Below, piece by piece: positions 1-9,277 of a DNA stretch of 64,000 nucleotides. The position numbers and the translations under genes are program-made. The DNA comes from Armatimonadota bacterium. Its GTDB lineage: Bacteria; Armatimonadota; SYMT01. The stretch spans positions 96,001 to 160,000 of the forward strand of contig JAWLHY010000001.1 of the NCBI GenBank assembly GCA_041690135.1, given 5' to 3'. The notes under the pieces were generated by a model. That model made no database searches, was not told the DNA's origin, and saw nothing but the letters and a program-made list of their open reading frames with translations. The number at the start of each line of letters is the position of its first letter. Position 1 is the first letter of the stretch.

Positions 1-1003
1 CCGTCAATAAGGAAGCTTCCTGGCGCACCACCGCGGTCCTCCGGCGGCTGGTGCCGCACCTCCGGCAGCGCTGGCCGGAGGTCGAGATCTTGCTCCGGGC
101 CGACAGCGGCTTCGCACGCCCGGAGTTGTATGCCTGGTGTGAGCGCGTGCGGGTGGGCTACTTGCTGGGGCTCGCCAAGAACGCCGCCCTGGTACGGCGG
201 ACCCAACCGTGGTTGGCCGACGCCCGAGCGGCCTACCAGGCGCAGCCGGAGCCGGAGGCCGGGAGCGGGCGCCCGGCGGTGCAAGTCTTTGGCGAGTATC
301 TCTACCAGGCGGGGAGTTGGGACCAGGAGCGACTGGTCACGTGCAAAGCCGAGGTGATGGGCTTGGGAGACAACCCACGGTGGCTGGTGTCCGGAGGCTT
401 GCCGCCGGATCTCCAGGACCCGGAAGCCCGCTATCGGTTCTACTGTTTGCGCGGGGATCGGGAGAACCGGATCAAAGAATGGAAGTGCGACCTACGGGCG
501 GACAAAACGAGTTGCTCCCGCTTCGCGGCGAACCAGTTCCGGCTATTGCTCCACACGGCGGCTTACCTGTTGTGGCAAGCGGTGCGGCGGCGTCTCCTGC
601 GCGGGACGGAGTGGGCCACCGCGCAAGTAGGGACCCTGCAGTGTAAACTGGTCAAAGTGGCGGCGCGGGTCCGCGAGAGCCATCGGCGGGTCTACGTGCA
701 GTTGGCGAGCAGTTACCCGTGGCCATCGCTGTGGAAGCGGTGTGTCGCGCGGTTAGACGGGTTGTAGCGGCCCGGTCGGGAGCGCTGCCGCCGACCCCGG
801 ACCGCCCCGTGCTCTGCACGCGGCGGCGGTTTTGGGCAACGGGGTCCGGGCGATGCCTGCCCGCGGGGCGCGTCCTGGGTGCATGCGCCCGTTGGGCCTG
901 CCCTCAGGACGGCCCAACTTCCCAGGCGCGGCCGTCCGGGGCTGTTTGGCCTACCAGCAAACCCTTGCAAACGCCAGTTGGCAGCACTGATGAATAATCC
1001 GGG
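1..1003 (+). mobile_element. IS1380-family insertion sequence, right-hand part (left end outside window)
   Basis: Transposase ORF followed by non-coding tail ending TGAATAATCCGGG (991-1003), resembling IS1380 terminal inverted repeats; a different coding frame resumes at 1004. Confidence 0.75.
3..767 (+). CDS. IS1380-family DDE transposase (5'-partial)
   Basis: Motifs LLRADSGF, RGDRENRIKE, SCSRFAANQFRLLL; frame open from the window edge. Confidence 0.9.
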   Translation, partial: VNKEASWRTTAVLRRLVPHLRQRWPEVEILLRADSGFARPELYAWCERVRVGYLLGLAKNAALVRRTQPWLADARAAYQAQPEPEAGSGRPAVQVFGEYLYQAGSWDQERLVTCKAEVMGLGDNPRWLVSGGLPPDLQDPEARYRFYCLRGDRENRIKEWKCDLRADKTSCSRFAANQFRLLLHTAAYLLWQAVRRRLLRGTEWATAQVGTLQCKLVKVAARVRESHRRVYVQLASSYPWPSLWKRCVARLDGL

Positions 1004-1942
1004 ATAGTCGGCCTGAACGGGCTGGAGCTGGCCGCAAAGCTGGTGCGCGAGGAGCGGACCGTACTTTCACTGGACATCGTGGGGTCGCGGCGCATGAAGC
1101 GGCCGGGGCTGACGATGCGGGTGCAGCACCGGTTCGCGCTTTTTCGCGAGTATGTGCGGCGCCACCTCACCGCCTGGAGCGGGGGCGGAAAGGATGCCAT
1201 CTGGGCGGGAGACGGACTCCTGGCCCTCTTCCGCAGCCAGGCGGACGGCGCTCGGTGCGCGCGGGCGATCCTGGAAGGACTCCCCGACTTCAATGCCGCG
1301 CATCCGGAGGAAACGCCGATTTCAGTCCGGATCGGCGTGCATTCCGGTCCGATCCTTCGCAGCCCGGACCAGCCGCTGGGTGAGGTGACGAGCGCCACGC
1401 TCGACCTGGCCGGACACCTGCAGAAGTATGGTCCCGAGGGGTCGGTGCTGATCAGCGATGCCGTGTACCGGACACTGGACACGCCGGAAGATTGGAGCCC
1501 GGCTGCGAAGGAAATCCAGGCGCAGTTCGAGGTACCGGTCTACGCCTTTCCCGCTCTCGCAACCGGTAGCACGCCGGCCGCGGAGGCTACGTTGGATAGG
1601 GTTGCCGAGGATACGGAGAAGACCCCCTTACTGCGACTGCGCATCGCGGTGGGGGACACCACCTGGGAAGAAGCCGTTGAACAAGAAGGCCTGGTCGGCC
1701 GACCGGATACCCGTCCATCCCGTCTTTCGCGGCTGGTCATCCGTGGCGACGATGCCGTTTCGCGCAACCACGCGCAGATCTCGCGCCTGGGAGACACGTT
1801 CCTGTTGGAGGATCTGGGCAGCGCCAACGGGACGTGCGTCAACGGAACGTGGCTTCAGCCAGGTGTATCCGTCCCCCTCAACGTGGGCGACGAGATCCGC
1901 CTCGGTGAGAGAACGGTAATCACGGCGATCGGAACCGATTGA
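1004..1942 (+). pseudogene. Class III nucleotide cyclase + FHA domain protein, probably 5'-truncated by the IS
   Basis: SLDIVGS, AGDGLLALF, RIGVHSG cyclase motifs; FHA motifs GR, VSRNHA, DLGSANGT; frame open from the IS end to GTG 1043 with no clear RBS. Confidence 0.7.
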
Positions 1943-2121
1943 ACGCCAGAGGGCCGGAGAGATCACCTCCCCGGCCCCCGGGATGCCTTCGGACGCCCTG
2001 CGCTCGACCGCTGAAACGCCGAGTGAGTGCAAGGGGCAGGAAGAAAGAGAGGGCGCCGGGAAGATGTCCTGGCACCTTCGGCCGGACCGGTCGAACAGAT
2101 GGTTTGCACGACGAGATACCC

Positions 2122-3018
2122 ATGAGAACAGGTTTGCTACTGATGACGGCCCTGCTGCTCGGCGCCGCAGCCGGCGCGTGGGCGCAGGCCGGCAATGCTC
2201 CGCGCGATCCCTTTCCGCTCTGGGCGCAGGGGGCGCCGGGCGCCCTCGGGAAGGAAGAGAAGGACGTTCCCACCCTGACCCCCTACTTTGCCAACCCGGA
2301 GAGGGCCACCGGTGCCTCGGTGGTGGTTTGCCCCGGCGGCGGCTACGGCGGCCTGGCCCCGCACGAGGGGCGGGACTACGCCATGTGGCTCAACGAGCTG
2401 GGCGTAACGGCGTTCGTCCTCAAGTACCGCCTCGGGTCGGGTGGGTACCGGCACCCCGTTATGCTGAATGACGCGACGCGGGCGGTGCGGTACGTCCGGA
2501 GCAAGGCGGGCGACTGGAAGCTCGATCCCCGGCGGGTGGGGATCATGGGTTCCTCCGCCGGCGGTCACCTCGCCTCCACGCTGCTCACCCATTTCGATGC
2601 CGGAAACCCCAGCGCCGAGGACCCGATCGACCGGCAGAGCTCCCGGCCCGATCTGGGCATCCTCTGCTACCCGGTGATCTCAATGGGGGAAAAGACCCAC
2701 GCCGGGTCGAAGCGGAACCTCCTGGGCGAAAACCCCTCGCCGGAGCTGGTACGGCTCCTCTCCAACGAGTTGCAGGTCACGAAGGAGACCCCTCCGACGT
2801 TCCTGTTCCACACCGCGGAAGACAAGGCCGTTGTGGTGGACAACAGCCTGATGTTCGCCGCCGCCCTGGCGAAGCACGGCGTGCCCTTCGCCCTGCACGT
2901 CTACCCGAAAGGCCCCCACGGGATCGGGCTGGGGACCCGCCAGTGGGACCCGGCGGAACGCCACCCATGGACCACGCAGCTCTCGGTCTGGCTGCGAGAG
3001 CAGGGCTTCGTCCGATAG
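2122..3018 (+). CDS. Secreted alpha/beta hydrolase (carbohydrate esterase-like)
   Basis: Signal peptide, CPGGGY, GSSAGG nucleophile motif, HGIGL. Confidence 0.9.
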   Translation: MRTGLLLMTALLLGAAAGAWAQAGNAPRDPFPLWAQGAPGALGKEEKDVPTLTPYFANPERATGASVVVCPGGGYGGLAPHEGRDYAMWLNELGVTAFVLKYRLGSGGYRHPVMLNDATRAVRYVRSKAGDWKLDPRRVGIMGSSAGGHLASTLLTHFDAGNPSAEDPIDRQSSRPDLGILCYPVISMGEKTHAGSKRNLLGENPSPELVRLLSNELQVTKETPPTFLFHTAEDKAVVVDNSLMFAAALAKHGVPFALHVYPKGPHGIGLGTRQWDPAERHPWTTQLSVWLREQGFVR

Positions 3019-3056
3019 GCGGAACCACTCATCACACGATCTGGTGAGATGTGGAA

Positions 3057-3089
3057 AGAGGGTGATGCCGCAAGCCGGCGTCACCCTCT
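3057..3089. terminator. Stem-loop between convergent genes, probable terminator
   Basis: AGAGGGTGATGCCG-CAAGC-CGGCGTCACCCTCT; short T run follows on the minus strand. Confidence 0.5.
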
Positions 3090-3496
3090 GGTTTCCAGTT
3101 CAATTGGGTCCCATTGAGCTCTCGTGAACCCACTCAACACCGGCTGGGGACTGCAAGCCTCTGGTGGGTCACTTGCCTCGCAGGTGCCCCCTTCGCTCTC
3201 GCGGAGTGCCGGAGCTACACTCCACACGGCACCACGGGCGCTAACCCAATGCCAGGCAGGCATCGGAAAGCCTGCCCTACATCGGTGCAATGGCAAAGCT
3301 CCTGGCGTTCACCACGAGTCAGTCCTGTCGCAGCGCAAAATGAGCGCGGACCAAGTGAGTATTGGTCAACCCGTACCCCCACCAACAGCAGGATATCCAA
3401 CCTTTAGTCCCTGACGGGGGCTTCAACTTTCAACCTTCAACCTGCTAACCTGCCAACTCAGATCCCGGTCAATGCCAAACCGTACCCGCAACGGGT

Positions 3497-4837
3497 TCAC
3501 CGGCCGATGCAGTAGAGCTTGCTGTTCGTTCGGATGAAGAGGTTGCCGCGCGAGACGGCGATGCTGGAGCGGATCTCGTTCTCCCCCTCGGCCATCATCA
3601 CCGAAGAGAGGATCTTGCCGGTGGCCGCATCGAGAACGTGGGCTTCCCCGCGCAGGCTGAGGAGGTAGATCTTGCCGTCCGCCACCGTGGGGGAGGCCCA
3701 CACAGCTGCGGGGCCCTCAAGCGCGGTAGTCCACACGACCTTACCATCCGGCTCCACACAAGCCATGTTCTTACGCAGGTCGCTGGCGATGTAGAACCGG
3801 CCCTTATAGAAAGCCGGGGTCGGCACGTCCGTCGTGATGTTGTCGCTCTTGGGGTCCGTGGCCCAGGCGAGCCCGTTACCGGTCACGTCCCCGTTCATGC
3901 CTGCCTTCACGGCGAACACCGGCTCCCGCTTGGGGCCACAGCCCAGCACGACCCCGCCGCCGGCAACGGGTGAGGGAACCAGGCGATAGGCGGGATTCAG
4001 ATGGTTCTGGTTCCAGGTGCCCCAACGCCACAGCTCTTTGCCGGTGGACGGGTCGTGCCCACTCAGCAAATCGCCGCCGGAGAGCAAGATCTCATTGCGG
4101 CCGTTGTGCACGAACGGAATGGGCGTGGTGAAGGCTTCCCGCGACTCCATCCGGGCGGGAGACGGGCGTTCTACCTTCCAGAGCTCCTTGCCGGAGGCCG
4201 GGTCCAACGCGAGTAGCCAGGAGGGCATTCCGTCCTTGCCGCGGCCGGAGACCGGCTTGTCCCGCTGCAGCAACTGGAAGTAGAGCCGTCCCTCGTAGAA
4301 CTGCGGGCTGCTCGAGAAGGTCCAGCCAAAGCAGAAATCGCCGTACTCCTGTTGCATGTTCCGGCGCCAGAGCTGCTTGCCGTCGAAATCGTAGGCTACC
4401 AGGTCGCCGTTGCCGTAGAAGAAGACCACCCGCTTCCCATCGGTAACGGGCGAAGGCGAGGCATAGTTGGAGCGGTAGTCGAGTTGGACGGTGTTGCCCA
4501 TCCCCGCCGGCTTGTAGCCGCTGCCGGCGATGTGCCGCCACCGGACCTTGCCCGTCTTCCGGTCCACGCAGATCGCCGCCAGGTTCTGGGCCGCGGTGTC
4601 CACGCTGGAGAGGAACACGTGATCCCCGTAAATGATCGGCGTGCCGGCGCTCGGCCCGGGAAGGTCCACGGACCACTTCACGTTCTCTGTCGGCGAGAAC
4701 TTCACCGGCAGCCCCGTTTCATCCGACGAGCCATTGAAGTGGGGACCGCGCCAGTTAGCCCAGTCCTGCCCCGAAGGCGCCGCCGTAGCGGCTACCGTCA
4801 GCGTTACAGCCAGAGCAGTTAAGGACAGCGTCTTCAT
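3497..4837 (-). CDS. PQQ-like beta-propeller repeat protein, secreted
   Basis: Signal peptide, DWANWRGP, repeated GK.LW blades, LFIRT..KLYCIG C-terminus. Confidence 0.9.
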   Translation of the reverse strand: MKTLSLTALAVTLTVAATAAPSGQDWANWRGPHFNGSSDETGLPVKFSPTENVKWSVDLPGPSAGTPIIYGDHVFLSSVDTAAQNLAAICVDRKTGKVRWRHIAGSGYKPAGMGNTVQLDYRSNYASPSPVTDGKRVVFFYGNGDLVAYDFDGKQLWRRNMQQEYGDFCFGWTFSSSPQFYEGRLYFQLLQRDKPVSGRGKDGMPSWLLALDPASGKELWKVERPSPARMESREAFTTPIPFVHNGRNEILLSGGDLLSGHDPSTGKELWRWGTWNQNHLNPAYRLVPSPVAGGGVVLGCGPKREPVFAVKAGMNGDVTGNGLAWATDPKSDNITTDVPTPAFYKGRFYIASDLRKNMACVEPDGKVVWTTALEGPAAVWASPTVADGKIYLLSLRGEAHVLDAATGKILSSVMMAEGENEIRSSIAVSRGNLFIRTNSKLYCIGR

Positions 4838-4857
4838 CTCCAACCTCCCGATCCGGT

Positions 4858-6204
4858 TCACTTACCGATGCAGAACAGTTTGCCGTTGGTGCGGATGAAC
4901 AGGTTGCCGCGCGAGACGGCGATGCCGGAGCGGATCTCGTTCTCGCCTTCGGCCATCATCACGGAGGAGAGCACCTTCCCGGTGGCCGCATCCAGCACGT
5001 GGGCTTCGCCGCGCAGGCTTAGCAGGTAGACCTTCCCGTCGGCCACGGTGGGGGAGGCCCAAACCGGGGAGGGGCCTTCCAGTGGTGTGGACCACACGAC
5101 TTTGCCGTTGGGTTCCACGCAGGTGATGTTCTTGCGCAGATCGCTGGCGATGTAGAAGCGTCCCTTGGAGAAAGCGGGGGTCGGTACGTCTGAGGTGATA
5201 TTGTCCGTTTTCGGATCGGTCTTCCACGCCAGCCCCGTGCTGGTGACATCGCCGTTCACCCCCGCTTTCACCGCAAAGACCGGCTCCCGCTTCGGTCCGC
5301 ATCCGAGGACCACTCCACCACCGCCCACTGGCGAGGGGACGATCCGATAATCCGGACGCCGGTTGGCCTCGTTCCAGGTGCCCCAGCGCCAGAGTTCTTT
5401 GCCCGTGGCCGGATCGTGACCGCTCAGCAGGTCGCCACCGGAGAGCAAGATCTCCTTGCGGCCGTTGTGAACGAACGGCACCGGAGAAGTGAACGCCTCG
5501 CGGGACTCTTCGCGGGCGGGGGTGGGGCGATCCGCCTTCCAGAGAGTCTTGCCGGTGTTCGGGTCCAACGCCAGGAGCCAGGAGGGAGCGTTGGCCGAAG
5601 CGCCGCGGCCACCCACTGCATGGTCGCGCTGGAGCAACTGGAAGTAGAGCTTGCCGTCGTAGAGCAGCGGACTGCTGGAGAAGGTGAAGCCGAAACAGAA
5701 GTCGCCGTAGTCCTGCTGCATGTTCCGGCGCCAGAGCTGCTTGCCGGCGAAGTCGAATGCGATGAGGTCCCCGTTGCCGTAGAAGAAGATGACCCGCTTG
5801 CCGTCCGTGGTGGGGGAGGGGGAGGAGTAGTTCGAGCGGGAGTCGAGCTGAACGGGGTTGCCCATCCCCGCCGGCTTATAGCCGCTGCCAACGAGATGCT
5901 TCCACCGGACCTTGCCGGTCTTGCGGTCGACACAGAAGGCCGCCAGGTTCTGCGCTTGCGCGTCCACGCTGGAGAGGAAGACGTGGTCTCCCCAAATGAC
6001 CGGGGTAGAAGCGCTGGGACCGGGAAGGTCGAGGGCCCACTTTACGTTCTCCGTGGGAGAGAACTTGACGGGCAGCCCGGTTTCATCCGATGAGCCGTTG
6101 TAGTGGGGGCCCCGCCACCCGGGCCAGTTCTGTGGGGTGGGCGCCGCGGAAGCGGCCACGGTCAGGGTAAAAGCAAGTGCACTAAGGGATAGGATCTTCA
6201 CCAC
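4858..6204 (-). CDS. PQQ-like beta-propeller repeat protein, tandem paralog of 3497-4837
   Basis: Same motifs; long near-identical blocks shared with the neighbour. Confidence 0.9.
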   Translation of the reverse strand: MVKILSLSALAFTLTVAASAAPTPQNWPGWRGPHYNGSSDETGLPVKFSPTENVKWALDLPGPSASTPVIWGDHVFLSSVDAQAQNLAAFCVDRKTGKVRWKHLVGSGYKPAGMGNPVQLDSRSNYSSPSPTTDGKRVIFFYGNGDLIAFDFAGKQLWRRNMQQDYGDFCFGFTFSSSPLLYDGKLYFQLLQRDHAVGGRGASANAPSWLLALDPNTGKTLWKADRPTPAREESREAFTSPVPFVHNGRKEILLSGGDLLSGHDPATGKELWRWGTWNEANRRPDYRIVPSPVGGGGVVLGCGPKREPVFAVKAGVNGDVTSTGLAWKTDPKTDNITSDVPTPAFSKGRFYIASDLRKNITCVEPNGKVVWSTPLEGPSPVWASPTVADGKVYLLSLRGEAHVLDAATGKVLSSVMMAEGENEIRSGIAVSRGNLFIRTNGKLFCIGK

Positions 6205-6312
6205 GAACCTCCGGCGAGGAAATCCGGTAACACGCGTCCGAGCAACGGTTCCAATACAGCAGTTTCAACGCCCGGATCGAGGGTTCCTCGGTGGAATGCG
6301 GCGGCGTTGGGC

Positions 6313-6347
6313 GTTCGGGTGTTCGGGTGTTCGGGTGTTCGGGTGTT
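6313..6347. repeat. (GTTCGGGT)x4 tandem repeat
   Basis: Four perfect octamers, intergenic. Confidence 0.9.
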
Positions 6348-6390
6348 GACGGCGCCTGTCTCGATTGCGGCCTCCTTATCATTATCTTCA

Positions 6391-7971
6391 TCAGCCGCAG
6401 GCTCTGTCCTTATCAGCTGCAGGCGCCTTCCAGCCGCTGAACTTCTTGAGGTAGGGACGGAGGGAGGCCTGGTACATGGGGCTGTCCGGATGGCGGCCGG
6501 CGAACTCGGCGAGAACGCGGTTCTCGCGGCGCAGGGCCTGGATCGCCTGGGCGCGGATCTCGTCCTGCCGGTCCATGGAAAGACCGTCCCACCAAGCGTC
6601 GAACTCGCCTTCTTCGGCGGCACGGTGTCCTACCCGTTCCTCGGCGTGGCGTCGCTGCCGCTCCGACTTCTCCCGGTTCTTCCGCTGTTCCTCGGCACGC
6701 ACCCAGGCGGTCGGCGCCGCCCAGCCTTCGCGGATGGACCGGACCAGGACGGCTCCGGGTTCGCGCGCTTCCCGAAACGGCAGGTACTGGAGTTGGTTCT
6801 CGCACTCCTCCGGCTGTGAGGCGGAAAGCTCCACTGCCGCGGCCCGCGACACCCCGGCGTCGATCAGCCGCTGGGCCAGCAGGCTCACAGTCGGCGCCTG
6901 GGGAACAGTGGGGGCGGGCTCGGCCGACGTCGTGGAGGCCGGAAGCGAACGGGGGCGTTCCTCCCGGCGTTCCTCCCGCAGAGCCTTCGGGGCGAAGCGA
7001 TAGATAACCATCTCCTCGCCGGACTTCATGGGGGCGTACTCCGCGCCCTGAATGAAGCCCTTCTCAATCAGCTCCTTATGCGCCGGCGCCAGCTTCCGCT
7101 TGATGTCGGACGGGTAGTAGTTTCGAGAAAGTCCCAGGTGCTCGAACGCCAGTTTCCGCAGCCCGATGCGATACAGGGGCTTGCCGTCATAGCGCTTGGC
7201 ATCCAAGTAGCGGTAAAGCGCCTGGGCAATGACACTTTCCAGCGAGAGGAAGGTGTCTACGTCCAGCGACTTGATGTAGCCCGCCTGCATGTTGGCGTAG
7301 AGCTCTGTGCTCCACCGGATCCAACTCGGCGTCAGAGAAGGAGAGTGCTCCCGCGGACGGGTGATGTCGGCGATCTTGTAGCTGTCCAGGATGTGGAAGG
7401 CTTCCTTGGTGGTCCACTTCCGCTGGCTGGCGTCGTAGAAGGCGTTGCGTGTCCGGATGGTCACGCTTACCAGACGGTCCAGGGCCAGGGTGAGACGCTC
7501 ATAGGAGGCGCCGCTGTGCACCCAACCGAGCCGTCGGACCACGTCGGCCCGACTAAACTCCACAATGGGCGGGAAGTTTTGGGCACGGGTCAACTCCATC
7601 AGCACGACGTAGACCTGGACATCGGCCGAAGTCGGCAAACCATAAGCAGTGCTGCCTTCGACCACCCACTCCTTCTGACCGTCTTGAAAAACCAGTCGAG
7701 AGGGAGAGTCCTTGCTCGGCCGGTTGGCCAGCAGCGCAAACGGGAATTCCGTCAGGTTGAGCTCATCCCGGCCGATGCGCGTGAGTTCGATGCCTTCTTC
7801 CACTGCCATTTCAACAACAACCCTTTTTGCCGGCCATTTGGGTGGCGTGCCTGTCTGGTTCCGGTTGTTCCAATCTGCTTGAAGTTCCGGAGTCTGTTCT
7901 ACTGGAATCCTGATCCGATTTTCGTGCCTGGGAATCCGGATTTCGGCGGTTTTGCTCGTCCCGAATGACAT
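6391..7971 (-). CDS. repA: Plasmid-type replication initiator protein A (RPA family); true start possibly ATG at 7809
   Basis: GRDELNLTEFPFALL, GLPT..D..VY..LM, Y.RL..ALDRL, ALYRYLD motifs; adjacent iteron array. Confidence 0.85.
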   Translation of the reverse strand: MSFGTSKTAEIRIPRHENRIRIPVEQTPELQADWNNRNQTGTPPKWPAKRVVVEMAVEEGIELTRIGRDELNLTEFPFALLANRPSKDSPSRLVFQDGQKEWVVEGSTAYGLPTSADVQVYVVLMELTRAQNFPPIVEFSRADVVRRLGWVHSGASYERLTLALDRLVSVTIRTRNAFYDASQRKWTTKEAFHILDSYKIADITRPREHSPSLTPSWIRWSTELYANMQAGYIKSLDVDTFLSLESVIAQALYRYLDAKRYDGKPLYRIGLRKLAFEHLGLSRNYYPSDIKRKLAPAHKELIEKGFIQGAEYAPMKSGEEMVIYRFAPKALREERREERPRSLPASTTSAEPAPTVPQAPTVSLLAQRLIDAGVSRAAAVELSASQPEECENQLQYLPFREAREPGAVLVRSIREGWAAPTAWVRAEEQRKNREKSERQRRHAEERVGHRAAEEGEFDAWWDGLSMDRQDEIRAQAIQALRRENRVLAEFAGRHPDSPMYQASLRPYLKKFSGWKAPAADKDRACG

Positions 7972-8833
7972 CCGGGCCTGTCTCGGCTGACATCCCGGGA
8001 GCCGATTCGCCCGTCTCGTCTGACGCGATTCTCGTCCGGGCTGACATGCCGTCCGTCCCGCCTGACACGAGACTCGCCCCGATTGACACCGGCGCCCCGA
8101 GATTCCGGGCTCGTCTCCGCTGACATGGGAGAATCGCGAATCGGCCTTTCGTCCCGCCTGACACCCGTGTACCCTCCGGATTCACTCGTCCCGATTGACA
8201 CTCTCGATTCACACGAAACCGCTGGAGACCTGGATTTCGTAGGGTGCATATCGTTCTAAGCGGAGCCTTCCGGTCTTCCGGGGACTCCCACTCGTCCTGA
8301 CTGACATTCGGATAGAAGAATTGGCCACAAAAACTCCTCTCAACTGTGGAGCGTCTGATAGTGGGGAGGGTCACTTCCCCGGGCACTGCCGAGTTGAGAG
8401 CACGCCGTGGGCGACTGCGAGAAGGGGTTGTGTCAGTTGAGACGAGAGGGGGTGTGGGGTGCGGTCCGACCAGTGGAGCGACGGATGTCAATCGAGACGA
8501 GGGGGGCCGCATGCGCTCTGAAGTGTCAATGGAGACGAGGGTCCGCGGACCGGGCGATCCGCATTCGCATTCGGTTATTGCCCACATCGGGCGCCTGCTG
8601 GTCATGGAACAGCGGATTTTGGCCGAAATCCGGGTGGAAATTCCGCGGACCGGGCGACCCGGAAAAAAGTTGCTGCGTGGGAATCCGGTGGGCGGAGGGT
8701 AGTCTACGATTCGCACGAATCGGGACGGGCGCTAAAAGGTCCTTAAATCGGCTCCGGACGCGTTTCGGCAGTGGGGGCATGGGTGCTTCCGCACCGGCTC
8801 CGGCGGACAACCGGCGGTGTCAGATGAGACGAG
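7955..8833. repeat. Iteron array / putative replication origin: 14 copies of 17-bp CTCGTCYCRNYTGACAY
   Basis: Direct copies start at 7955, 7977, 8010, 8031, 8052, 8073, 8110, 8148, 8185, 8291; inverted copies at 8430, 8485, 8523, 8817. Confidence 0.85.
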
Positions 8834-9277
8834 GACGAGAGACCTTCAGGCATTCGGCACTCATGCACTCGGGTGTTCAGGCAATCAGGCGATCGGGCAA
8901 TGAAAACGGTAGTCATGGCAAGGAGCGATAGACCCGCAGCAACTTCCCTGAACCGGATGAGCCTTCCGCCGAAGCACCAAACCTATTGAACTAGCCCCTG
9001 TAAGCGACGTGAGTCTACCCGGCGAAGCTAGGGCCAGCCCCCTGGTCAGGGCACCCGTCCTTACTCGGGACTCTTTATCCCTATCCTCTCGATCCTGATT
9101 CACCACGCTCCCTGGTCAGGGCAGTCGTCCTGGGTCAGGGCTCCTTATCCTAATCCTCGTCTTCATCCTCATCGCCAAAGGCCCGAGGAGGAAGTTGCGG
9201 TCTGGGGCTGCAAGTGCTAGCAAGAGAAGCGGCGGATCCCCGCCGGTGTGTCCTCTTTTCCTCGCGAGGAGTTGCCG

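Noticed and set aside
3100-3400. Small ORFs or ncRNA between the hydrolase and PQQ genes
   Set aside because: No RBS, motif or convincing structure
7955-8833. CRISPR array
   Set aside because: Repeats are 17 bp, degenerate, in both orientations, mostly with 4-21 bp gaps and no cas genes; iterons fit better
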